A stretch of 51,208 bases of DNA from contig CAZOIM010000005.1 of NCBI GenBank assembly GCA_964579855.1, positions 1 to 51,208 on the forward strand, in the 5' to 3' direction. The first letter of the stretch is position 1. Each line of letters opens with the position of its first letter. The translations under genes and the position numbers were made by a program. This DNA comes from an uncultured Ignavibacteriaceae bacterium (lineage in GTDB: Bacteria; Bacteroidota; Ignavibacteria; UBA10030). Shown in pieces: positions 25,416-33,024 of this stretch. Below the pieces are notes generated by a model. It had not been told where the DNA came from. It worked only from the letters and a program-made list of their open reading frames with translations, and ran no database searches.

Positions 25416-27863
25416 TCAGGCTCGCTTCGCCTTCGAGGACTTAAACACGTATTTGATTGCATCCTCAATACGTTCAACCGGAATAATGGCAAGTCCGTCC
25501 TTAACCATCTGGGGGATTTCTGCAAGATCCGATACATTGTCTTTCGGTATGAGGACCGTCTTAATGCCACTGCGCTGGGCTGCGAGGAGTTTTTCATTGA
25601 GACCGCCAATTGGCAGCACATTGCCCCTCAGCGTGATTTCACCTGTCATTGCCAAATCATTGCGCGCAGGGCGATTACTCGCGGCGGAGATGATTGCCAT
25701 CGCCATCGTAATGCCTGCAGAAGGGCCGTCTTTCGGGATAGAACCTTCCGGTAAGTGGATATGAATTTCGCGATTCTTGTAAAAATCAGGGTTGATGCCG
25801 AACGTTCTTGCGTTCGAGCGTATATAACTCAATGCTGCCTGCGCTGACTCTTTCATTACATCGCCGAGTTGACCGGTAAGCGTAAGTCTCTCCGCTCCGC
25901 GCATAATAGTTACGTCAACGTTGAGAATGTCTCCTCCAACACTTGTCCAGGCAAGCCCGGTCACCGAGCCGACCCGTTGTTCGCGTTCCGCTTCTTTCTT
26001 TCTGAATTTTGGGACACCGAGATAGGTTTCAATTTTTTCAGGCGTCACGACAATCCGATCGTGCAACACGTCCCGCTTCCGTTTCTTTCCTGCGTTCTTA
26101 GAGTGTCCATTCTTCCGCTTTCCAAGCACCAGTTCTTTTGCCACTTTTCTACAGACCGATGCAATCTCGCGCTCCAGATTCCGGACCCCTGCTTCTCGCG
26201 TGTATTCCTGGATAATCTTGGTGATTGCAGAGTCTTCGATGACAACATTCTTTTTGCTCAGCCCGTGTTCTTCGATCTGTTTCAGGATAATGTGTTGCTT
26301 GGCGATTTCCCTCTTTTCGTGTTCCAGATACCCGGGAAGTTCGATGACTTCCATCCGATCCTGAAGCGGCAAGGGTATTTGATATCGCACGTTCGCAGTG
26401 GTAATAAACATCACTTTTGAAAGGTCGTAGTCGACTTCGAGGTAATGATCGTTGAACGCGATGTTTTGTTCCGGATCCAAGACCTCCAGCAGTGCTGCCG
26501 ACGGATCTCCCCGGAAATCCATGCTCATCTTATCCACTTCGTCCATCAGGATTACGGGATTCACAACACCAGCTCGCTTCATCGATTGAATTATTTTACC
26601 GGGCATAGAGCCTATATATGTTCGACGGTGTCCCCTGATCTCAGCTTCATCCCTGATACCCCCCAACGAAATTCGAACAAGCTTGCGCCCGAGCGCCCTC
26701 GCTATTGATTTAGCAAGCGATGTCTTGCCGACTCCCGGTGGTCCCACAAAACAGAGAATCTGTCCTCTCATTTCTTTGACAAGATTGAGAACGGCGATAT
26801 GTTCGAGAATCCGTTCCTTTGGTTTTTCCAATCCGTAATGGTCCGTATCAAGTATTTTCCGGACGTGTTCGATATCGAGATTGTCCTTTGTCCTTTTTAT
26901 CCAAGGTACGGCAATGAGCCAATCGAGGAAATTCCGGGTGACAGTAAACTCCGGAGACATGGACGGAGTCTTCTTGAGCTTGTTGAATTCTTCGAGTGCT
27001 TTTTCTTCTATGTCCTTCGGCATTTTCGCCTTGAGGATCTGATCCTTCAGCTTGATCAATTCCGGCGAAGCTTCGTCATCTCCGAGTTCGTCCTGCAAAA
27101 TCCGGATCTGTTCCTGGATAAAGAACTTGCGTTGGGATTTTTGAATGTTGTCCTGGACTTTGCCGTCGATTTCGCGTTCAATTTTAAGGATATCGACTTC
27201 CTTGGTAAGGATTTTCGACAACTCGTACAACTGTTCACGCAGATTAGGGACGGCGAGAATGGTCTGTTTTACCTCAACGGATTGGATGATGTTCGACGCG
27301 ATATAGAATAGTCTCCGTTGGGGTTCCCTGATTCCTTCGAACGACATAAGAATTTCAGGAGGGATATTTCGATTGAGCCTAACATATTCTGCGAAAAGGG
27401 AGGAAGCGTGCCTGACAAGGGCATCAATTTCATGACCTGACGGAATATCAGTCCTGTTAATAACCACTTCTGCTTCAAGGTACAGCGGATTGGCAATGAA
27501 TTTTTGAACGCTTGCCTGCACGACCCCATCGACAAGGATTCTCATAAGCCCGTTTGGCAGCTTGAGCATTTGAATGATTTTTGCCACGGTTCCGTGCTGG
27601 TAGACATCCTCCGCGGAGGGTTCGTCGACGTTCGAGTTCTTCTGAGCAATGAGAAATATATTCTTGCTTCGTTCAAGGGCTTCGTTGGCTGCACGGAGAG
27701 AAGATTCCCTCCCAACCAGCACAGGAAAAATCATGTAGGGGAAGACAACCACGTCTCTCAAAGGCAACACGGGGAGTGTTGTCGGGATATTGTCGATAGT
27801 TTCAATGGTCGACTCACTCGCCTTGACGGCATTCTCTGGCATGATCTTCTTCTGATCCTTCAT
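25416..27863 (-). CDS. lon: ATP-dependent Lon protease (LonA)
   Basis: N-terminal LON domain (LPVLPLRDVVVFPYMIFPVLVGR). Walker A GPPGVGKTS. Walker B NPVILMDEVDK. Protease Ser-Lys dyad region PKDGPSAGITMAMAI. Confidence 0.97.
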   Translation of the reverse strand: MKDQKKIMPENAVKASESTIETIDNIPTTLPVLPLRDVVVFPYMIFPVLVGRESSLRAANEALERSKNIFLIAQKNSNVDEPSAEDVYQHGTVAKIIQMLKLPNGLMRILVDGVVQASVQKFIANPLYLEAEVVINRTDIPSGHEIDALVRHASSLFAEYVRLNRNIPPEILMSFEGIREPQRRLFYIASNIIQSVEVKQTILAVPNLREQLYELSKILTKEVDILKIEREIDGKVQDNIQKSQRKFFIQEQIRILQDELGDDEASPELIKLKDQILKAKMPKDIEEKALEEFNKLKKTPSMSPEFTVTRNFLDWLIAVPWIKRTKDNLDIEHVRKILDTDHYGLEKPKERILEHIAVLNLVKEMRGQILCFVGPPGVGKTSLAKSIARALGRKLVRISLGGIRDEAEIRGHRRTYIGSMPGKIIQSMKRAGVVNPVILMDEVDKMSMDFRGDPSAALLEVLDPEQNIAFNDHYLEVDYDLSKVMFITTANVRYQIPLPLQDRMEVIELPGYLEHEKREIAKQHIILKQIEEHGLSKKNVVIEDSAITKIIQEYTREAGVRNLEREIASVCRKVAKELVLGKRKNGHSKNAGKKRKRDVLHDRIVVTPEKIETYLGVPKFRKKEAEREQRVGSVTGLAWTSVGGDILNVDVTIMRGAERLTLTGQLGDVMKESAQAALSYIRSNARTFGINPDFYKNREIHIHLPEGSIPKDGPSAGITMAMAIISAASNRPARNDLAMTGEITLRGNVLPIGGLNEKLLAAQRSGIKTVLIPKDNVSDLAEIPQMVKDGLAIIPVERIEDAIKYVFKSSKAKRA

Positions 27864-27929
27864 AGGGACGGTCTCTAAGACAAAAAGAGGGCACTACTCA
27901 GCGAGAGCGGCACCCATCTGGTTCATCAA

Positions 27930-27958
27930 AATATAGCTCTGAATGCAGGGATTGTCAA
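27930..27958 (-). promoter_or_regulatory. Sigma70-type promoter for lon (and possibly dnaX)
   Basis: Minus strand reads TTGACA (27958-27953), an exact 17-nt spacer, then TATATT (27935-27930). It lies about 65 nt upstream of the lon ATG. Confidence 0.6.
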
Positions 27959-28027
27959 GGAAGGCGATCCGTGAAAAACATCGGAATGCGCTCGTCGGGC
28001 GTTTTGGTCAGTCTGCGCAGGTGAATT

Positions 28028-28249
28028 CTACGAATGATTTTCTTTCAGACGAACTCGCTGTCTTTGCTGTTCCTTAAGTTCCTTCAAACGATCAGCGGGA
28101 ATTTTGTTCACGAGGTCGGACGCAGAACATCCACATTCGTCTTCGCAAAAGCCGAAGGCTTTGCGATTTTTCTTTCGGACATATGACCATACCATCGTTA
28201 CGGCCGTTGCTGCCACTGTGATAATCGAGAGTATTTGTTGCCAGTTCAT
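28028..28249 (-). CDS. FeoB-associated Cys-rich small membrane protein
   Basis: 73 aa, directly downstream of feoB. One N-terminal TM (ILSIITVAATAVTMVW) is followed by a basic patch and the Cys cluster CEDECGCS, which is typical of the small gene that trails feoB in many genomes. Confidence 0.7.
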   Translation of the reverse strand: MNWQQILSIITVAATAVTMVWSYVRKKNRKAFGFCEDECGCSASDLVNKIPADRLKELKEQQRQRVRLKENHS

Positions 28250-28259
28250 CTGGGATCCG

Positions 28260-30368
28260 CTAACTGATCAATAGACCAAGGTGATACACGGCGAACGTCA
28301 CTACGTACGCCAGACCTGTCATGTATGCGAATTGAAACGCGGGCCACTTCCATCCGTTCGTTTCTCTTCTCACGATGGCAACGGTTGACATGCATTGCAT
28401 GGCCAGGACGTAATAGATCATAAGGCAAATGGCAGTCAGCGTGGTAAAGGTGTGACGACCGGTCACGGGATCCACATCCTGCTGCAACCGCTCACGAAGC
28501 GTAGCATTACCAGTTGATTCGTTTGCATCCTTGATACCGTAAATTGTACCCATGGTGCTGACAAATACTTCACGTTGGAGCAATGATCCAACGAGGCCAA
28601 TTCCTATTTTCCAGTCAAAACCCAGTGGTTTGATCAGAGGTTCCATAAGATGACCGGCCTGACCGGCAAAACTATGTCTAAGCTGTTCCGAGGAGGTAGC
28701 GTGTTCGAGTTTTGGATACGTTGCAAGGAACCAAAGGATTATCGAGACACCCAGGATTATGGTCCCTGCACGCTTGAGAAATTGCACCGAACGATTCCAC
28801 ATTTGAAGAAAGACGGATCTCATCGTAGGCATTTTGTAGGGTGGAAGTTCCATAATGAACGTCGGGGTTTCGCTCTTGAGCAAAGTTTTCTTGAACAACC
28901 AAGCGCTTCCCAGAGCGGCAATGAGGCCGAAAAGATACAACGACACAAGCGTTAATCCTGCCAGATTGAGGAAGCCCAACACAGTTTTTTGTGGGATGAA
29001 TGCGCCGATCATGAGAATATAGACTGGCAGACGGGCGCTGCAACTCATCAAGGGAGCCACCAGAATCGTCACAAGCCTGTCTTTCTTGCTCTCGATAGTG
29101 CGAGTAGCCATGATGCCGGGAATGGCGCAGGCGAAGGAACTCAACATCGGAATAAATGACTTTCCGTGAAGGCCAACCTTGCTCATGACGCGATCCATGA
29201 TAAATGCGGCCCTTGCCATGTATCCGGTATCTTCCAATATTCCAATATACAGAAAGAGGAACAGGATTTGCGGAAGAAATGTGACGACTGCGCTTACGCC
29301 TGCAATTGCACCATTGATAATCAAGTCCCGAAAATCGCCGGGGGGCATTAAGACCGCAATCTCATTCCCCAACGCATTAAATCCAGCCCCAATCAGATCC
29401 ATTGGTAAGATTGCCCACGTGAAGATTGCCTGGAACATCAAAGTCATGAGAAGAAGGAAAACAGCAAAACCCCAGAATCTGTGCGTCAGAACCCTGTCTA
29501 ACCTGTCGGTGGTGCTGAGATTTTTGCGCAGCGACCTTATAACAGCGGCACTGCACACACGTTGAATCCAATCGTACCGGGCTTCTACCAACGCGGAGAG
29601 TCGATCAATACCGAGGGAATCAAGACGTAGAAAGTCCTGCTGGACATGGGTCAGGATTTCAGGCCGAAACTGCTGGCGATGTATCGCCGACACTGTCGGT
29701 GATGACAGAAGCTGGACAGATTCGTGGAACGCCTCAGGTTCAGACATCTTCTGGTGATTTACTAAAAGACCGGTAAGCTCATCAAGCTCGGATTGCATTG
29801 GCTCGGCCAGCCGCCATTGTCGTGATTTCATCGAGGGCTGGACTCTTTCTCCGATTGCTTGCTTCAATTCAAGGATACCGATTCCCTTGGTGGCAACTGT
29901 CGGAATGACCTTAACACCCAGAATGGAGCCGAGTTTCGCGGCGTCGATATGGATACCATCGTGTTCCGCAACGTCTATCATATTCAGAGCCACAACGATG
30001 GGGATACCGCAGTCAATAATCTGGCTGATCAAATATAAGTTGCGTTCAAGGTTGCTTGCATCGACAACGCAAATCACCATGTCCGGCGCTGGAGTATGGT
30101 CGAGTCGCCCAAGGAGAACGTCGGTGGCAATCTTTTCGTCGGGTGAATGTGGGGTTAAACTGTATGCACCGGGAAGGTCGAGTAGAAGAATGTCTTTGGC
30201 CCCCTCGAGAACCACTTTCCCTTCTTTCTTTTCAACTGTGACGCCGGGGTAATTTGCGACCTTCTGACGCATTCCCGTCAGTGCATTGAATAATGCAGTC
30301 TTTCCCGAATTGGGATTGCCAATGATGGCAATGCGATTCGTTGCTATGTCTACTGTATCTCGGAACAT
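28260..30368 (-). CDS. feoB: Ferrous iron transporter FeoB (G-domain plus polytopic membrane domain)
   Basis: G1 motif IAIIGNPNSGKTALFNALTG, G3 motif LLDLPGAYS, G4 motif ALNMID. A large multi-TM permease region follows. Confidence 0.96.
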   Translation of the reverse strand: MFRDTVDIATNRIAIIGNPNSGKTALFNALTGMRQKVANYPGVTVEKKEGKVVLEGAKDILLLDLPGAYSLTPHSPDEKIATDVLLGRLDHTPAPDMVICVVDASNLERNLYLISQIIDCGIPIVVALNMIDVAEHDGIHIDAAKLGSILGVKVIPTVATKGIGILELKQAIGERVQPSMKSRQWRLAEPMQSELDELTGLLVNHQKMSEPEAFHESVQLLSSPTVSAIHRQQFRPEILTHVQQDFLRLDSLGIDRLSALVEARYDWIQRVCSAAVIRSLRKNLSTTDRLDRVLTHRFWGFAVFLLLMTLMFQAIFTWAILPMDLIGAGFNALGNEIAVLMPPGDFRDLIINGAIAGVSAVVTFLPQILFLFLYIGILEDTGYMARAAFIMDRVMSKVGLHGKSFIPMLSSFACAIPGIMATRTIESKKDRLVTILVAPLMSCSARLPVYILMIGAFIPQKTVLGFLNLAGLTLVSLYLFGLIAALGSAWLFKKTLLKSETPTFIMELPPYKMPTMRSVFLQMWNRSVQFLKRAGTIILGVSIILWFLATYPKLEHATSSEQLRHSFAGQAGHLMEPLIKPLGFDWKIGIGLVGSLLQREVFVSTMGTIYGIKDANESTGNATLRERLQQDVDPVTGRHTFTTLTAICLMIYYVLAMQCMSTVAIVRRETNGWKWPAFQFAYMTGLAYVVTFAVYHLGLLIS

Positions 30369-30610
30369 GCGGAATTTGATGTTTGAATCATGACAGCTTC
30401 AGCTTCTTTCCTTCGCAGTGAAAGATGATAGCCCCTCAATTCAATTTCAATCGGATCGCCGAGGGGAGCTACGCGCACGACTTTGATGGTGATTCCTTTC
30501 GTCAAACCCATTTCAAGAAGTCGCTGTCGAACTTCGAACGAGACTGTCGTAAGTTTCCTAACGATACCCTGTTCACCAGGGACAAGTGTATTCAGCCCTA
30601 CTTCATTCAT
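30350..30610 (-). CDS. feoA: Ferrous iron transport protein FeoA
   Basis: SH3-like FeoA sequence: LNTLVPGEQGIVRKL...RQRLLEMGLTKGITIKVVRVAPLGDPIEIELRGYHLSLRRKEAE. ATG 30610 is preferred over the ORF-track start at 30670. It overlaps the feoB start by 19 nt. Confidence 0.88.
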   Translation of the reverse strand: MNEVGLNTLVPGEQGIVRKLTTVSFEVRQRLLEMGLTKGITIKVVRVAPLGDPIEIELRGYHLSLRRKEAEAVMIQTSNSACSEIQ

Positions 30611-30922
30611 TTGAAATGACCGACAATTGGTCTTGTTGCGGTTCTGCAATTCTGCAACAGTCGTGCACAAGGGGACTTGAGAACTACCGGGAAATCTATA
30701 AGCCGATGAGATGAGATCAAGCCAAATCGAACCGATCCAACAAAGCGTGTTGAGGAGTGGAAATCGTCACCAGAGATCGGAACATGAATTGTCGTTCTAT
30801 CGCAGGGATGATACCGTGGAAAAGTCTCGGAAGTCAAATGCATCATTGGAGGACGACAGTGCATCGCAGTTCGGCAAAAGACGGTTCATAAATTGTTCTA
30901 ATATGGCAAACTCTTATTCTAT

Positions 30923-30943
30923 ATAGGACCAATTTAGTCCTAT
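30923..30943. promoter_or_regulatory. Palindromic candidate operator between divergent feoA and the SDR gene
   Basis: ATAGGAC-caattta-GTCCTAT, with 7-bp perfect arms. It lies in an AT-rich stretch and overlaps a minus-strand TTGATT-17-TAAATT promoter-like motif. Confidence 0.35.
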
Positions 30944-31023
30944 TAAGACATACAATCAAGAAGAAAGTTGTAATTCAATGAAAAAAGCGCAAATTACGAC
31001 TCGCTAAAGAAAGGGTAAACATA

Positions 31024-31779
31024 ATGGAAGAACTTAAGGACAAGGTCGTACTCGTGACCGGTGGATCGAGAGGAATTGGAGCCGCCGTAGCAAAGGGTTT
31101 TGCAAAACTAGGCTCAAAAATCGTCATAACATACCGATCTGATAAGCATTCCGCAGAGGCCTGCGCAAAAGAAATCAACACAGCTGGCTCAGAGTGCCTC
31201 GTAATCAAAGCAAGGGTGGAAAGAGCAAATGAGGTTGAGAAGACAGTCAGAAAGGTATTTCAAAAGTATGGTCGGATCGATGTATTAGTGAACAATGCAG
31301 GTATTTGGAAAGATGGAAAGATCGGAAGTATGACAGAAAAACAATGGGATGAAACCATCGATATTAATCTAAAAGGAACGTTTCTGTTCTGTAATGAAGT
31401 CGTTCCAATTATGAAAAGGAAAAAAAGTGGAAAAATAATCAATATTTCAAGCACCGCAGGTCAGCGTGGGGAACCACAACACTCTCACTATGCTGCATCA
31501 AAAGGAGGGGTCATTGCGTTCACAAAATCAATTGCTGTTGAGTTGGCCCCATACAACATAAACGTTAATTGCGTCTCACCAGGCTGGGTACGCACCGATA
31601 TGACTAGACAAGTTCTGACCGACCCTTCATTCCAATCCGAAATCGGGCAGGGAATACCGAGAGGAAGAGTAGCATTTCCGGAGGACATTGTCGGCTCAGT
31701 GTTGTTCCTTGCATCTAGCCTCTCAAATCACATTGTGGGAGCCACAATCAGCGTTAATGGAGGAAGTGTCCTTTTTTGA
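31024..31779 (+). CDS. Short-chain dehydrogenase/reductase (FabG-like 3-oxoacyl-ACP reductase family)
   Basis: Cofactor motif VTGGSRGIGAA, NNAG, and catalytic S...YxxxK (SSTAG...HYAASKGG). Confidence 0.85.
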   Translation: MEELKDKVVLVTGGSRGIGAAVAKGFAKLGSKIVITYRSDKHSAEACAKEINTAGSECLVIKARVERANEVEKTVRKVFQKYGRIDVLVNNAGIWKDGKIGSMTEKQWDETIDINLKGTFLFCNEVVPIMKRKKSGKIINISSTAGQRGEPQHSHYAASKGGVIAFTKSIAVELAPYNINVNCVSPGWVRTDMTRQVLTDPSFQSEIGQGIPRGRVAFPEDIVGSVLFLASSLSNHIVGATISVNGGSVLF

Positions 31780-32124
31780 ATAATTTCGCTTTTATTTGAT
31801 TTCTGAAATATGTATATTTTTGTAAGAATTAGCCACCAAAGAGCGTGCATCATTTTTCCAATATTTTGGCCACCTCAAGCGGTCATCTTACTGTGAAATG
31901 AATTGAGCCGATATCAATAAAGAAGAACATTAACGTGGTTGGTCTAGTTCACTGAGGTTTGGGGCTTTATATGAATATCAGACTTCGAGAAAAACACCGC
32001 CTCTCTGCCTAAGACGGCTCAACGACAAGTGATTGGGGATCTCAGCTCCGTGACAAAAAAACAATGGGACCGAGTAAGAAGCAGAAAGACCACATTCTTC
32101 ACATAACAACAAGAAAGGATCGTT

Positions 32125-32334
32125 ATGGACAGGTTTCAAGAGCTTGTTGATTTGATACAGACCTACAAAGTCGATTTTGACAAATTCTATCAGAAGAAAA
32201 ACAAATCTGCCGGAGTTCGTCTGCGCAAACATATGGCGGACTTGAAAAGGAAAGCGCAGGAAATTCGGAATGAGGTTCAGGAGGTTAAGGCGAAGATGAC
32301 CGAAGAGGGTGAACCGAAGACTCCCGCAGCGTGA
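32125..32334 (+). CDS. Histone H1-like nucleoid protein (Hc1 N-terminal-domain family)
   Basis: 69 aa. The pattern DFDKFYQKKNKSAGVRLRKHMADLKRKAQEIRNEV matches the conserved core of Hc1-type proteins known from Chlamydia and Bacteroidetes (recalled from memory). Confidence 0.7.
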   Translation: MDRFQELVDLIQTYKVDFDKFYQKKNKSAGVRLRKHMADLKRKAQEIRNEVQEVKAKMTEEGEPKTPAA

Positions 32335-32624
32335 AGGATTGTGATACGTAGATTCGAGACTGCTTCGACGGTAGTACGAAGTTAAGAAACACTAAAAGAT
32401 GGTGGAGAAGATAGCCGAAGGCTCCAAAGTACTTTTTGATCTTCGGATGGCGAGACGCGAATTTCGGAATAGGGTCTACGAATCGATGGTAGCCTCCTTA
32501 CCTTGCACAGATTGAAGTTTTTTAATCAAACTTTCGATCAAAGTGTTCTGTGTAATGATTATATTGTAACGAGAGCAGGATCTGGTCATTCTGCAATTAG
32601 CATTTTTTTTGAATTAGGGGAAGC

Positions 32625-32798
32625 ATGAAGAAATACATTGTTCTCGGTTTGCTCGCAGGCGTTTCGATTTCAGCATTGCTTATCTATCTGAGAAAGAAGA
32701 AATTCGAAGGAACGGAATTCCGCGAATTGTTCGACTCATCGACGGTGGCAGACGACTTGTTCGGCGACGCTTTTGTTGAGCTACCGGATAAACCATAA
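32625..32798 (+). CDS. Small single-pass membrane protein (57 aa), hypothetical
   Basis: Below the ORF-track length cutoff. AGGGGAAG lies before the ATG. Sequence: MKKYIVLGLLAGVSISALLIYLRKKKFEGTEFRELFDSSTVADDLFGDAFVELPDKP, i.e. a TM helix, a basic stop-transfer and an acidic tail. A compound hairpin (32823-32871) plus T-rich tract follows. Confidence 0.4.
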   Translation: MKKYIVLGLLAGVSISALLIYLRKKKFEGTEFRELFDSSTVADDLFGDAFVELPDKP

Positions 32799-33024
32799 AA
32801 TCTAATTGCCATCAATTCTTTGAACTCCCTTATACCTTGACGTCGGCAGACGTATCCAAGTGATGGGAGTTTCTTGTTCTTTCCGTGCGACCTCCTCTTC
32901 CTGCAATTCTTGACTTTGTTGATAATTCTCCTACTTTTAAGAAGACCCAGTTCACTGCAAGGGTACTCCTGTCTTTCCTAAATGAACACAGTGCTCCGCC
33001 GACGACCTCTGACTCCCCTTATGT

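Noticed and set aside
30870-33024. Impression of lower GC content and long AT-rich spacers around the SDR, Hc1-like and small membrane ORFs, suggesting a horizontally acquired islet
   Set aside because: A hand count of the first 120 nt of the SDR gene gave about 47% GC, not clearly different from neighbouring genes. There are no flanking repeats, tRNA, integrase or transposase. It would need a computed GC and codon-usage profile.
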